Shown: piece after piece, positions 44,569-56,760 of the stretch
How positions within the stretch are numbered: the stretch's first letter is position 1
Layout of the letters: each line of letters begins with the position of its first letter
Origin: an uncultured Planctomycetota bacterium
GTDB lineage: Bacteria > Planctomycetota > Planctomycetia > Pirellulales > Lacipirellulaceae
Assembly: GCA_963719315.1 (NCBI GenBank)
Contig: CAVRBU010000002.1
Location: 1,696,001 to 1,760,000 of the forward strand
DNA: 64,000 nt
Reading direction: 5' to 3'
Notes under the pieces: generated by a model
Told to the model about the DNA's origin: nothing
Databases searched by the model: none
What the model saw: only the letters and a program-made list of their open reading frames with translations
Translations under genes and position numbers: made by a program

Positions 44569-44953
44569 ACGCACCGTCGTTCTCACTTAGCTGTGAAGCT
44601 GCGTCCCGACGCTTGGTTGGCGATGCACCCCGCTGGTCGCCGCCGCTGGTCGACAAGATTCTGCGACACCGAGAAGCTATTTTTTGACGGGTACTCGGGA
44701 TTTTGAATGATGGCATGAGTTCTGAAATTGTCCTGCCCGAAAATTTGGAGGCCAAACGACTTACGGCGAAGAGTGCCGACAAAGGAACCATTTTCGGCAC
44801 ATCCCCGACGTCCCGAGAACTTGTCTCTACTCGCGGTCTAACACTGGGAGGTCGTTTCCGCCAAAGAAAGTCCTAACAGACCAATGTAACCTGGCATCTC
44901 CGCGAAATGGCTGATCGCGGAGGACGAAGTACCGCTGTCGAACCTTTGGTAGA

Positions 44954-45859
44954 ATGTCCTTGGGACTTGGGCGTCAGATGGCTAGATCATTGCTTTTTCT
45001 GTTGATTGCCTTCGGGGCGAGCTGGGCTCTTGCGTTCACGTACTTCGAGTTTTTTGGGACTGAGTACTCCTGGCGGTTCGCAGTCATGGGGACGCTTTAC
45101 ATGTTCGCCCCCGGTCTGGCCGCATGTGTCGTGCAGAAAGCGTACCGAGAGAGAGTAGCCGCGCCGCTCGGTGTAAGCTTCCGGATCAATCGTTGGTTCC
45201 TCATCGGATGGCTAACACCACCAGCCCTGGCGATAGCTGCAGTGGGTATGAGTTTGGTGATGCCCGGCGTCCACCTCACTCTCGACCCAGTTCACGCTAA
45301 TATCTTTGATTTCATCGATCAGAATTTCCCCGTGGAACAACAAGTGGAACTGCGGCATCGAGTCGCCGAGACGCCGCTCCATCCGTTTCTACTTGTATTG
45401 GTGGGCGGTATGCTTGCCGGTGCGAGCGTCAATGCGGTCGCAGGCTTCGGTGAAGAACTCGGCTGGAGAGGGTTTCTGCAACGCGAGTGGGCTTCGCTTG
45501 GCTTTTGGAAGTCATCCTGGCTGGTGGGCCTAGTATGGGGCCTGTGGCATATTCCGTTTCTGCTCCACGGTCATAACTACCCGGGGCATACGTATTCGGG
45601 CGTCCTTTTGATGACGGTCTGGACGGTGCTTTTCGCGCCGTTGATCGCGTACATTCGCCTTCGGGCGCGATCGGTTATTGCCGCGGCGGTGATGCATGGC
45701 ACGCTTAACGGTACCGCACTTGCGCCCGCGATGGTGCTGCAAGGAGGCGATACCCTAATCGTTGGCGTGATGGGCCTTGCCGGAATTATTGTGCTTGCGG
45801 GGCTCAACATTCGCCTGTATTGGTTGATGAAATGGGACCCGCAAGTGCAGTGGGCATGA
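44954..45859 (+). CDS. CPBP (CAAX/Abi) intramembrane metalloprotease
   Basis: GEELGWRGFL, WGLWH, HGTLN; multiple TM segments. Confidence 0.9.
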   Translation: MSLGLGRQMARSLLFLLIAFGASWALAFTYFEFFGTEYSWRFAVMGTLYMFAPGLAACVVQKAYRERVAAPLGVSFRINRWFLIGWLTPPALAIAAVGMSLVMPGVHLTLDPVHANIFDFIDQNFPVEQQVELRHRVAETPLHPFLLVLVGGMLAGASVNAVAGFGEELGWRGFLQREWASLGFWKSSWLVGLVWGLWHIPFLLHGHNYPGHTYSGVLLMTVWTVLFAPLIAYIRLRARSVIAAAVMHGTLNGTALAPAMVLQGGDTLIVGVMGLAGIIVLAGLNIRLYWLMKWDPQVQWA

Positions 45860-45905
45860 CGAGCATTGCCGCAGCTGCGATGGAGGAGTTTCAAATATCG
45901 ACCCA

Positions 45906-46118
45906 ATGATGAATCAAAGTGAAAACAACGTTGGCTCAAGTACACCTGACCCGCATCGCGCGGCCATTTGTAATAGGGCGCTGATGTATGGGTTCGTTGT
46001 CAGCATCATCGGCCTTCCCATTGGGGTTGCACTCAGGCTCCCTGTCGTGTCGGGCCTCGCCATCCTCGGGATTGTCATCGGAGGTATCAAGATCGCTTTG
46101 AGGCGATCCGGCACGTGA
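45906..46118 (+). CDS. small membrane protein
   Basis: 70 aa with two hydrophobic helices and a basic tail. Confidence 0.5.
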   Translation: MMNQSENNVGSSTPDPHRAAICNRALMYGFVVSIIGLPIGVALRLPVVSGLAILGIVIGGIKIALRRSGT

Positions 46119-46248
46119 AGATACTGTCGAACAGAACCCCGGCGAGCTTGGTCACAGCCACGTTGCTCACCCGATGCCTCATCAAACCACCGTTTTGAAG
46201 TGCCCGCTAGCCACCCGGTGACATCCCGTAGCCAGAACGTTTGCGGAA

Positions 46249-47541
46249 TCAACTTACCGACAATATGAGCGCCGCAAATTGCGCGGTCGTCGCAGTGCCA
46301 CCCCGGTCGCTCATGCGCACGGCGCGGCGAGCAAAACGGAGCCACGGCGGGATCACGCAACCAATAGATAGTAATAAAAGTGACGCCGGCTCTGGTACGT
46401 TAGCGAATAGCTGTTCAAAAGCGCCGGGGCCGTTGTATTTTAGGTAGGCCTGCTTGAACAGCACAAAGTCACTGTGGTCGTTCACGCCGTCGCCGTTCAA
46501 GTCGGTCATCCCCGGTGTGGGGGAGAGCATACCGGCCTTGTACAGCGGCCAATCCAGGTAGCTGACGAATCCATCGCCGTTGAGATCGCCGGTTACGATC
46601 CCAAAGGCCTCCCTGATCGGGGTCGCCGTGGCGGCGTTGCCGATATGCGTCAGTCCGTACATGTCTTCGACCGTCCGCAGTAGGCTATAAAGGTTGACGT
46701 TCTCGTCGTAGGAACCGGGCTTAATCAGCGTATCAGGCCCGACGAACAGAGTCGGGATCTGATTCGTCGGCGTCGAGCCATTGTCTTCGTCGAATGTAAG
46801 GATGAGCAGGCTGTTGTGCCCGAGCGCCCATTGCACGTAGCTGTCGATGTTGTTTTGCAGCCAGGTGTCGCCGTCGCGCACGGGGTTGGCTGGCCCTTGG
46901 TGCATCGTATACTCTTCCGTCGGGTGGACCCACGATACCGTCGGCAGCAGATTGAAATCGGCGCTCGGGTAATCGGTGAACGGACGATGGACAGAGATTG
47001 GTAGCGTGTTGTGGTTCACCGGATCGGGATTGGTGTCGGTCATCCAGTTCGCCTGCGGGTTCTCGTCGCGGTAGTACGTGCCCACCGCGGTAGTAATCGT
47101 GTACTTATCCCATCCCACGTAGGGCAACCCCTCTGCAAAGGCGGTGAAGGTTTTTCCGGCGGCCAGCAACTGCGCGCCGAGGTTCGGCGTTATAAGTGGC
47201 TGGTACGGGATGCCATTGGCCGGGTCCGCATAGGGCGTGATCGGGTCGTTGCTGAAGCAACCGTTGCTTTCGCCGGAGAAGAAGTGGATGTAGTTCGGCT
47301 GACTCGGGTGGGTGATGGCGTGCATATTGGTTAAGTTGGCCGCATGAGGCAGCAGCGAGTTGATGTACGGCGCGTTGCTGGAGCCGATGATCCCGGAATA
47401 GGGTTGGTTCTCCAGCATGATGATCATCGTGTGATCCGGCTGAGGAACCACTGCCGCCACCGCCGACGAGGCGCCCCAGATCCCAATCACCGCCCCGAGT
47501 ACGATACACGCCAAGCGCAGCGGACTGGTGTGCATTTTCAT
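46249..47541 (-). CDS. phosphoesterase/acid phosphatase with dockerin-like domain and PEP-CTERM
   Basis: IMLENQ, HPSQPNY, TFDED, YSLLRTVED, GDLNGDG, VPEP. Confidence 0.85.
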   Translation of the reverse strand: MKMHTSPLRLACIVLGAVIGIWGASSAVAAVVPQPDHTMIIMLENQPYSGIIGSSNAPYINSLLPHAANLTNMHAITHPSQPNYIHFFSGESNGCFSNDPITPYADPANGIPYQPLITPNLGAQLLAAGKTFTAFAEGLPYVGWDKYTITTAVGTYYRDENPQANWMTDTNPDPVNHNTLPISVHRPFTDYPSADFNLLPTVSWVHPTEEYTMHQGPANPVRDGDTWLQNNIDSYVQWALGHNSLLILTFDEDNGSTPTNQIPTLFVGPDTLIKPGSYDENVNLYSLLRTVEDMYGLTHIGNAATATPIREAFGIVTGDLNGDGFVSYLDWPLYKAGMLSPTPGMTDLNGDGVNDHSDFVLFKQAYLKYNGPGAFEQLFANVPEPASLLLLSIGCVIPPWLRFARRAVRMSDRGGTATTAQFAALILSVS

Positions 47542-48037
47542 TGCTAAATCCTCGACACCGACATTTCCCATTTGGGGATCGCTTGGTACCGATCCAGGCT
47601 CGCAATGTTCACCATTGTAACAAAGCCCCCTGCGGTAGTACGTACGGCATTATTCTGCACTTTGTACCGGAGGCCCGGTTTCCTGGGGTGCCCGCGACCG
47701 GAACCATGCCCGGGCAACATGGTTTGCATAGGTTTGGCGAGAGGAATCCACCGCTCGATTAGCGACCGATTCTGAAACGACCGACAATTCTCATTTACTC
47801 AACCGGTTTTTGGATCGCCGGAGCCCGCCAATCGGCGGATGCTGGCCAGCTGGCTGCCTTCCGGCCGCATCGAGGACTCTGGAGCGTTTGACGCCGTACG
47901 TAGCATGTATCAGATTACTGGTGTCTAGAGTCGGCCGGACCCAGATCTGCCGTGTATCAAGCAGAACGGCCGCCTGAGGTCATGTGCTTGTTGATGCGGG
48001 TAAATTGCTGCGCCCTCGAACGATCAACATAGTGGTC

Positions 48038-49279
48038 CTAGTGGTCTGTCTCGATTTAGTTGACGGGTGCTAGTACGGGATAAAGTCGTTTAATCTTGAT
48101 CCTGGCATCGGCGGCGGTGAATTGCCAGTCGACGCGGACTGGTTGTTGGTTGCGGGGGGGGTTGTTCCCATGCGTGAACTTCGCTCTCCAGGCGGGCTCG
48201 GGAATCGATCCGTTGGTCCAGGCACTGCCTTCCCAGCACGGACAATTCACATTCCGCCATGTTCAGCCAACTGGCGTGCTTGGGGGTGTGATGCACTTCA
48301 AACCGCTCCCACAACCGTCGCGCCTCGTCAGGCGGGAAGATCGCGTACAGCACGGACAGCTTGTGCGTATTCAGGTTGTCCATGACCAGCACGATCTTCT
48401 CCGCCGTCGGGTACTGCTCGTCGGCGATGTTGCGCAGCAGGTCGGCGAAATCCGCCTTCGCGCGACGTTCGGTGACCTTCACCCGGCGGCGGCCCGCCAA
48501 AGGTTCGCAGACCATGAACAGATTCGCTGTTCCCCGCCGTTCGTATTCGTAATCCTGTCGCGCCGGCTGCCCCGGCTCCATCGGCAGCGGCGGCGTGACG
48601 TTGGCCACCAATTGCTTGGTGGCTTCGTCGACGCACACGACTGGCCGTTGCTCGTCGTAGGGACGCTGATAGACCTCCAGAACGTCTTCCATCGCGGCAA
48701 CATAGTCCGCGTCATGCGGCTTAGGCAGAACCCACTGCTCTTTCAACCAGGGCTTAAGCTCGTTTTTTTCAGTGCGCTGCGCACGGCGTCCTTGCTGATC
48801 GACTCGACGATCTCCAGTTCGACCAACTTGTCGGCCAGCAGTCGCAAGGTCCAGCGGGCGCGTCCTTCCGGAGCCGGTCCGCAGGCCACGGCGATCAAGC
48901 GGGCCTCCTGTTGGCCGTCCAACTTTCGAGGGCGATGCCGGCTCTTAGGCTTCCATTCCAAGGCAACGTTCAGGCCCTGCTCGACGTACGCCTGTCGCAC
49001 GTCATGCACCAATCCCACGCTGACGTCCAACGCTTCGCAAATCTCCTGGTCGGTCCGACCCGACCCCGTGACGCCGGCGTCCGCCTTGAGCAGCACCTGG
49101 GCTCGGCGACGCTTGCCCGCCGCCACCTTGCCTCGTCCCACCACCGCCGCCAATTCCTCTCGCTCTTCCCCAGTCAACCGCACCACATACTTCGTGTTGT
49201 AGTTCATTTTCTCGCCTCCTGTGAAAAACCTGAAGACGTTATGCTATCCCCTAACTACTGAACAACGACAGACCACTAG
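48038..49279 (-). mobile_element. IS630-family element with two-ORF transposase (A7 frameshift site at 48763-48769; extra indel in the G8 run near 48160)
   Basis: IRs CTAGTGGTCTGTC / GACAGACCACTAG; HTH ORF 48743..49207 (RWTLRLL); DDE ORF 48056..48746 (VDE, MDNLNTH, HTPKHASWLNMAE). Confidence 0.93.
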
Positions 49280-49286
49280 TCAATCC

Positions 49287-50551
49287 ATGACGCCCATCCA
49301 TCGTTGTGTATGGTCCCGTTTCTTACTGGCTGTCGCCAGCGGCTCACTGTGGTTACTTCCCGATGAAGCCTGCGTTGCGGAATCGCAATTGCAACTACTG
49401 TTCACCTCGCAAGGCAAATCTGCGCGAATCAACGTCGATGGCAGCGGTCAACAATACTTCCATTTCTCGGTTCCCAATCAGGCCACGTGGCAACCGGGTC
49501 CCGTATTCCCGGATGGAAAACGGTTGATCTTTCTCAGTATGGAACCGCGCCGGGACGTCCCTGGTAAAACGTTCGAGGAATACTACACGCAGACACCTAC
49601 CCACCTGTGGGTCCACGATCTGGCGACTGGTGATTTACAGGGAATCTGCACGCAAGGACGATTGGCCGTATTCGTCACGCCGGCGCTGCTGCTAGGTGAC
49701 GAACGGCTGTTGATACAAGTTGTGCGAGACAAGGTCGGGCAGATCTACAATGTGCGAATGGATGGTTCGGATCGCGCGAGTTTACGCGTGCCGGCGAGGG
49801 CTTGCCGTACGGGTTGAGCTTGAGCCCGGATGGACAGCGAGTTGTGTTCCACCTAGCCAGCCCGACGGGATACCAAATCTGGACATCCGATGTAAATGGG
49901 AAGAAGCGTCAGCTTGTTGCCGCCGATCCAGACCATCTTTATTTCGGCACAAGCTGGTCGCCGGATGGCGCGTCAGTGCTATACGTTGACTGCCACTATC
50001 GCGAAGATCCAGGGCACGACTGGGCGGACGTCTGCATCGGTAAAGCAGATGGTTCGCAACACCGCGTTCTCACCACGGGCCGAGCCATGTGGTTCGCGGC
50101 GACGTACGGCAATCGCGAGACGCGCGGCAGTGGCTCGAACCTGCCAGCCTGGACGCGCGACGGAAAGATTCTCTTCCCGCGGCGACACCCCGACTCCAAA
50201 GTAGCATGGGAATACCAGCCTCAGAGGCCCGATGTGGACCATTTTAATCGCGACTACAAGCCTGAACTGTCTCGCGGAGGAACCGAGATCTGTCGGCTCG
50301 ACCCACGCAATGGATCGTGCGAACTGCTTACCCACAACGAACCGGGCGTCTGGGACTTTCGGGCCATTGAATCCCCCGACGGTCGGTGGATTGCCTTTTG
50401 CCGTGCTGTAGTGGGCGACGCACCGGCGCTCTGGGTCATGGAATCCGACGGTAGCGATCCGCGTCAACTAACCCGAGGGTGGCAGGACCGCGGCGCGGAC
50501 CACCCGCAATGGCTTTTGACTGGGCGCCCAGAGTCCGGAGACGGAGGTTAG
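49287..50551 (+). CDS. secreted TolB-like beta-propeller protein, apparent indel near 49773
   Basis: signal peptide; FPDGK, SPDGQ, WSPDG, WTRDG and SPDGR repeats. Confidence 0.8.
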
Positions 50552-51110
50552 GGAGTTGAAAAGAGTCCTTTGCCGGTTCGTCTGAGTTAACCACCGTTTA
50601 GAAACGTAAGCGTTAGAAGCGGTGGGCAGCGTGGCGCCCGCACGGCGCCGGCGACCCGGATCGCCCTCGACGCCAGGCGTTCCAAAAGTCGTTGGCGCGA
50701 CCGCTGGTGGCACAGATTTTCCGTGCCGGGAACTCATACGTTATCTCAGATTGAGACGTGGTGCCGTTTTGGGCGCTGAAACGCGTCGGCAAAGGAACGT
50801 ATCTGACATGAGTACGGTCAGCGGCAATCGTGCGCCGCGGTGGGGCGTCCTTGAGCTTGAGATCTTGTGCGTAATGACGGGTTCGACCTTACGGAGTTAG
50901 CGATCGTTGCTTCGGGGCCTGTGGCATGCGGCAGGTGGGTTCCACCAATCACAGCATCGGCCGACCACCTGTAAAGTCGACTTCTCAAAAGACAGATTTG
51001 ACAAAAGCAAGGCAAGAGGACTAGAGTCTCTTTCCGCGCCGAAAAAAGTCTTGCTCCCCGAGTTTTTCCAAAGGTAGAAACCGATCGAAAGATTACCACC
51101 AGGAATTAGC

Positions 51111-52331
51111 ATGCACTCCACACGGCGACACTTCCTCGCTGGGCTCGGCGCTGGCGCGCTTGCTGCTGCAATGCCGTGGCGACTTGCCCAAGCAAAAGTT
51201 GCCTCGCATAAACCTATTCTACTTTTCAATTGTGACTTCAACTGGGTTCGAGGACCGGCGACTGAGAAACACCCACAGGGCGAGGTCCGCGCTTCGCTGC
51301 CGGACGATTGGTCTGAAGTCGACGCTCGTGAGTACTTTGATTGGCACCGCAGATTTGGAAACAACGTCACATACTGCCAAGCTTATTGTCATACCGGCTT
51401 TGCACTTTATCCCAGCAAACTTGGCCCCGTCGGCAAGGGCCACGCCGCGACCTTGTTCCCAACTCTCTATGAACTATCTCGCGGTGCGGGAATGCCGGTG
51501 TGGTCCTACTTCAACGTCAGCTATGACTTCTTCACGACCAAAGAGCACCCAGAGTGGATCATCCCGGGCACCGTGATCAAACCTCAGGGGCCCGGCGGCT
51601 TCATCGGGCCCGAAACACCGTACACTGGGGTACTGTGCGAGCGCATCCACGAGTTCTTGAAGCAGTACCCCGTCGACTGGCTGTTATTGGATTGGTTCAG
51701 CTACGGTCCGCTCAAACGCAACGGAATATCTGTCCGACCGGCAGAATTCGTCAAACAGCCGTTTCGGAGAATCATAGGTCGACCCATGCCGCAGCGCACC
51801 GACGATATCACGGTCGAGGAGAATCTAATCTACAAACGGACGGTTCTCGCCGAGCAGTTCCAAAAGTTGAAGTCCGTGGTCAAGGACACCAGCTCTGGAA
51901 CGAAGATCATCTTTAATGTGCCTTATTACGAACCCAAGGAGGATTTGTGGGTGGGTCACCCCATGATGATGGAAAGCGACGGTCTCTTTGCCGAATCATC
52001 GGACAACATAGTGGATTGGCTGCTTGAAGTGCGGCAACCTTTTCAGCGAGTCATGACGACCATTATTGGCCGCGACGGAGGCTTGTCCGATCCGAACACG
52101 TGGGAGAAGTGGTACCGGCGCGGCTGCGATTTTTTTGGCTACGCCTGGGCAACCCCGCCACGATTTGAACCCACCGCATATTACACGGAACAACTGGATA
52201 TTGCGCAAAGCATTCGCCACCATGTCGCTTGGTACGGCGCAGTGACGTCCATAACATTAGGAGAAAAGCGACTGTCATTAACTTCAAATGGCGATAGTCA
52301 GGTCTTGGGGTCCAGGGTTGTTCGTCTGTGA
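51111..52331 (+). CDS. Tat-exported putative glycoside hydrolase (fucosidase/GHL6-like TIM barrel); true stop may be at 52245
   Basis: TRRHFL Tat signal; HTGFALYPSK, HPEW, YPVDWLLLDW. Confidence 0.6.
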   Translation: MHSTRRHFLAGLGAGALAAAMPWRLAQAKVASHKPILLFNCDFNWVRGPATEKHPQGEVRASLPDDWSEVDAREYFDWHRRFGNNVTYCQAYCHTGFALYPSKLGPVGKGHAATLFPTLYELSRGAGMPVWSYFNVSYDFFTTKEHPEWIIPGTVIKPQGPGGFIGPETPYTGVLCERIHEFLKQYPVDWLLLDWFSYGPLKRNGISVRPAEFVKQPFRRIIGRPMPQRTDDITVEENLIYKRTVLAEQFQKLKSVVKDTSSGTKIIFNVPYYEPKEDLWVGHPMMMESDGLFAESSDNIVDWLLEVRQPFQRVMTTIIGRDGGLSDPNTWEKWYRRGCDFFGYAWATPPRFEPTAYYTEQLDIAQSIRHHVAWYGAVTSITLGEKRLSLTSNGDSQVLGSRVVRL

Positions 52332-52763
52332 TCGCAGACAGAAGCGCTTTCGTAATGACGTTGAACGTGTAGTGGACCAGGTGCTTCGCATTGCCAATCC
52401 CGTGAGCATCTTATTCGCCGCCGGTGTCAATAAGGCGGCGGTAATGCACACGGCGAGTCTCAAAACTCAATGGCGCGTGAAACGCGTCGACATAGGACCG
52501 TTTAACAACTCTGTCGAATCGCAGTTGCTGTGAGCCGGAGGACTTTCCGTAACTTTGCGTACTAAAAGCCGCAAGGTTTAGTCGCCGCGACCAATTGCTT
52601 ACGCCGAGAAGCCGTGGGCATCTGTGATTCGAGACTTACGGCAGTTGCCGAGTATTGTCATAATATTAGAGGTGCCGCACTTTTGGCGCTGCTGGTAAGC
52701 AACGGTCGTGGCGCCGACTTACGACCCCAAATGCTTTTTGACTTTTATTCCCAGGTGAGGGTT

Positions 52764-53273
52764 ATGGGAATCATCCCTGCTCTGCAGCTGAAAACGTCGG
52801 TCGTCCTCGCGATTTCTGTGGTGTGTTCGAACTCGGCGGCAATCGCCGCTGACATCGAGATGTCACTCCAGGTGAGATCCGCCACGCAGCGAGTAAGCAC
52901 CAAACACACCGAAGAGCAACCGTCGCCGACGAAGCCCCAGCCGTGGCCGGTGTTCACCAGCGAGGAACACGAAGACCTGTTGGTCTCCTGGAACGCGACG
53001 AACGTCAGCGAACACGATACGTTTCAGGACGTGTTGATTCATTGTGTGATCGTCGCGGAGTTGGAGCCGGGGCAGTCGACCACGCCCGGACTCAAAGACC
53101 CGGTGAAAGAGTCAGCGCTCACGATGGACTTCAAACCTGGCAGCAGCGCAAGCGAGACATTTTCATTGCAAATCGACCGGCCCGGTACCTACCTGGTGCG
53201 GGTGGAGACGCGGAGCATGCTCGACAAGCACGGCCACGAATATTTCGCGGCACTCAAACTGGTTCGCAAGTAG
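52764..53273 (+). CDS. secreted beta-rich hypothetical protein (paralogue 1)
   Basis: signal peptide; MDFKP, PGTYLVRVET, HEYFAA. Confidence 0.7.
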   Translation: MGIIPALQLKTSVVLAISVVCSNSAAIAADIEMSLQVRSATQRVSTKHTEEQPSPTKPQPWPVFTSEEHEDLLVSWNATNVSEHDTFQDVLIHCVIVAELEPGQSTTPGLKDPVKESALTMDFKPGSSASETFSLQIDRPGTYLVRVETRSMLDKHGHEYFAALKLVRK

Positions 53274-53290
53274 ACGCAGGGGAGCAGCAG

Positions 53291-53947
53291 GTGATTTGGT
53301 TTTGCCAAAAGTTTGTGGCCCAACAACGGTGGAAAATCGGCGGTCTGGGTCGAGGCGTCGTGGTCTCCCCGAATTGCGCCACGCCCGGCGTGACTCGCTG
53401 GGAGTTCCCGAATTGGAAGCGAATCGGTTGGATACGTGCAGTCGTTGGCATCGGCATCGTGCTCAGAGCGACATCGGCCTTGCAGGCGGAACATGCTCGC
53501 ATCAATCTGCGCGTGTCACACCAAGGACAGGAAGTCACAGCCACTGCGGACCAGGAACCGCCAGCAGGCGGCCGGAACGAACCGCCTGTGCTCAAAGTCA
53601 ACGTAAACGAGCCGCTCATCTTCCAGTTTTATCTGACGAACACATACCCACACAAAGTAATTGAACACGTCCAGGTTCGTTATTACGTGGTACGGGTCGG
53701 CAAACTCGGGCGTAAGCCGTCGTCGTTTCGCAACTGGACGGGCCCGGACGACAATTCGCAACCGGTCTTGGAACATGGCGTTGTAACCGAAGGGCAGTTC
53801 ACCATGGATTTCAAGCCTGACTGCCGTGTTGGCACCCGCTTGAAGTTTAAAATCAGCGAACCTGGCTTTTATAGCGCACGCGTCGAAACCCTCAATACCC
53901 AGAGCGATCACGAACATTTTTCAGCCGTCGATCTGGAAGTCCATTGA
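53291..53947 (+). CDS. secreted beta-rich hypothetical protein (paralogue 2; start uncertain)
   Basis: MDFKP, PGFYSARVET, HEHFSA. Confidence 0.7.
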   Translation: MIWFCQKFVAQQRWKIGGLGRGVVVSPNCATPGVTRWEFPNWKRIGWIRAVVGIGIVLRATSALQAEHARINLRVSHQGQEVTATADQEPPAGGRNEPPVLKVNVNEPLIFQFYLTNTYPHKVIEHVQVRYYVVRVGKLGRKPSSFRNWTGPDDNSQPVLEHGVVTEGQFTMDFKPDCRVGTRLKFKISEPGFYSARVETLNTQSDHEHFSAVDLEVH

Positions 53948-54478
53948 GCACGCGTCTACCGGTGCAGCATCGGCATTGCGGGCCGCGTGTTCCCAGTGAA
54001 CGCATTGGCGAAAATTCACTGTCAACAAAACACCCTCGTTAGACTCCCATCGGTAGATGGTCGCCGACGAGCCGCAAGCAATCCGGCGCCCGAGTTTCGG
54101 TACCCTTCTGGGTGCGTCAGAAACTTATCTCCGCGGCCGGAATGACACTCGGCCGTCATTTAGACTGCCAGAATGCGTCATCTAACCAACATTTAATGGG
54201 GAATTGGATCGGCATGTCAAATGTTGGCCTCAGAACTCTTTTGCTGCGTAGGCTAGAGCGAGACTCGGCGAACGTGTCTACCCCGTTGGAGATCGGCATT
54301 GAAATGGGACCCACCTGGGCGTTGAATCTGGGCCCACCTGGTTAGTTGGGGAGCGGCCCGCGAGACCCTTCGAAGGTCTCGCGCGGCCGCCTCCGTTAGT
54401 TCACTTAATGGGTTAGAGTAAACTCTCCATTTTGTTGTGCGCGATTTGCGAACGTTTTGCCGACGGGTCGCCCGAAAG

Positions 54479-55249
54479 CTACTTGCCCTTGGTGGTTCGC
54501 TTTTGTTTCATCGACTCCCGGAAGCGGTAGCTTTCACCGTTCATCTCAAAGATTTCGCAGTGGTGCGTCAGCCGGTCCAAGAGAGCAGCTGTCATCCGTT
54601 CTCCCTGAAACACCTGCTGCCATTCGCTGAACGGCAAGTTGCTGGTGATCAACAGGCTGGATCGCTCGTAGCGATCGGCGAATACCTGGAACAGCAGTTC
54701 CGCTCCGCTGCGATTGAACGAGAGATAACCGAGCTCGTCGCAGACAAGCAGATCGAGCTTGTCGAGCTGCTTCAACAATCGCTCGAGCTGGTACTGCTTC
54801 TGCGTCTCTTCCAAGCGATTGACCAGTGTGGCAGCGGTAAAGAAGCGGACTCGCTTGCCCAGTCGGCAGGCGGCCAGGCCCAAGGCGATGGCCAGATGCG
54901 TTTTTCCAGTTCCCGAACTACCCAACAGGCAGCAGTTCTGACGCTGATCAATCCAGCCGCAGCGGGCCAGTTCCAGGATCTTGGGCTTCGAGAGGCCGGG
55001 CGCCGCGCTAAAGTCGAATGCATCGAGGTCCTTCTGCACCGGGAAGCCAGCCTGTTTAATGTGCGCCTGCAGAGCATTGGCACTGCGTGTGGCTAACTCC
55101 AACTCCGTCAGGCGCAACAGATAGTCGAGGTAGTCCTGGTTGCTGTTGGTCGCTTCCCCGGCGAGCTTGCCATACTCGGCCAGCATCGTCGGCAGGCGTA
55201 GCGCCTTGAGGTTCGAACGCAGTAACAGGGGCGTTTCTTTCTGGGCCAT
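54479..55249 (-). CDS. istB: IS21 helper ATPase IstB
   Basis: GSSGTGKTH, CDELGY, ITSNLPF, LLDRLTHH, GESYR. Confidence 0.95.
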   Translation of the reverse strand: MAQKETPLLLRSNLKALRLPTMLAEYGKLAGEATNSNQDYLDYLLRLTELELATRSANALQAHIKQAGFPVQKDLDAFDFSAAPGLSKPKILELARCGWIDQRQNCCLLGSSGTGKTHLAIALGLAACRLGKRVRFFTAATLVNRLEETQKQYQLERLLKQLDKLDLLVCDELGYLSFNRSGAELLFQVFADRYERSSLLITSNLPFSEWQQVFQGERMTAALLDRLTHHCEIFEMNGESYRFRESMKQKRTTKGK

Positions 55250-56760
55250 GATCTTCTCCTCCGTGAGAGAGTAACGAGTCAAAGCGGCGCAAGTCCGGCA
55301 GCGGGACTTGCACCGCAGGAATCGATCGCAGCTGCCCGATTAGGTTCGCTTCGCCGCGGGTGGAGCGCAGCGCCAGTCGCTCGCAGAGCCCAGCAATCCG
55401 CTCGGCCGTGACGACGCCGTCGCCGCGGCAGGCCTGGATGGCCTGCTCAACCCGAGTCAGCGGGTGCTCTGCCAACAGCTGCAGCACGCGGATGAATTGC
55501 CGAGCGCCCGGCAACGATCCGTGGCGTGTTTCAAAATGTTCGCGCAACTGGGTAAACGCCGCCGGCAGACGCCAATTGCGGTAGACGTCAGTGTGATCCA
55601 AATAGGCTGGCTTCACTCCCAGAGTGGACAGGTAGTGCAGCGGATCGAGCACTTGCTCGCCCTGTCCGTAGGAGCGCTCGTGCCGGGCAATCCGCTGGCC
55701 GTCGCGGATGACTTCGATGCGATCGATAGTGGCTTTTACCGTGACCGTGGCGAACGCATGCCGCCGCGGCACGCTGTAGCGATTCTTCTCCCAGGCGACC
55801 GTCTGGTACTTGTCGACTTGACGGACCTCGCTCACGGCGGCTTCAAACGGGCGCTCGGGCAGCGGCAAGGCGCTAATCTGCTCTGTCGCGAAGCGCGCCG
55901 ATCGTTTCGCTGTGGCCCGCAATCGTCCGCCGAGCATCCCGCTCGCAGCATTGAAGCAGGTAGGCATTTAGCTCTGTCAGATCCTTCACTTGAGGGACCG
56001 GCGTCGCCCACTGGCGCTCCAACAGCTTCACCCGGTTCTCGACGTGCGGCTTTTCGTTACCGCGAGCCGGCAGGCAGAACAACGGCTCGAAGTTGTAGTG
56101 ACTGGCCAGCGCCTGCCAGCGCTGGTTCAACTCCCGTTGGCGGCCACGCAGAATCGTGGTCGCAACGGTTCTTGGATTATCCCACCACAGTTCTTTGGGC
56201 ACGCAACGAAAAAACGCAAACGCCGCCACCGTGCCATGCAGGATCGCCTCGGTCTTTTCGCTCGGCAGCGCAATCATAAAGGTGGCGTTTGAGTAGGCCC
56301 ACGTCACCAGCAGGATCGGAACCTGGCGCCTGCCTTCCGGGAAGTCGACCCAGATCTGACCGAAGTCGCTCTCGGCCCGTTGGCCTGGCTCGTACGACAA
56401 AGGGAGAAACGTTTCGCGCTGCCGCCCCCGCGTCGCGGCCACGTACCTTCGCACCTGGTCGTAGCTGCCGACGTACTGCTCTTCGTCCCGCAGCCGCCGA
56501 AAGAGTTGCGCTCCTGTGTGACGTTGCTTGCGAGGCGCCTGCTCATCTTCGACGAGAATCGCGCCGATCCATTGCTGGTGCACATCGGTCAGCACCCGCC
56601 GCGGTCGCGGTAGCGACAGCGTGTAAGGCCGCGGCTCTGCCTGCGCCAGTGCCTCGCGGATCTTTCGTCGCGAATGCCCAAACGTCCGGGCGATCTCCCG
56701 AATGCTCATGCCATCGCGATGAGCACGACGTATCCTGCCGTAATCCTCCACCTTCAGCAT
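55056..56760 (-). CDS. istA: IS21 transposase IstA, apparent indel near 55895
   Basis: HTH GMSIREIAR, DFG, WDN, EKPHVE. Confidence 0.92.

Noticed and set aside
44954..45859. Abortive-infection defence gene
   Set aside because: The Abi label on CPBP proteases is historical and does not imply phage defence; no defence context is present
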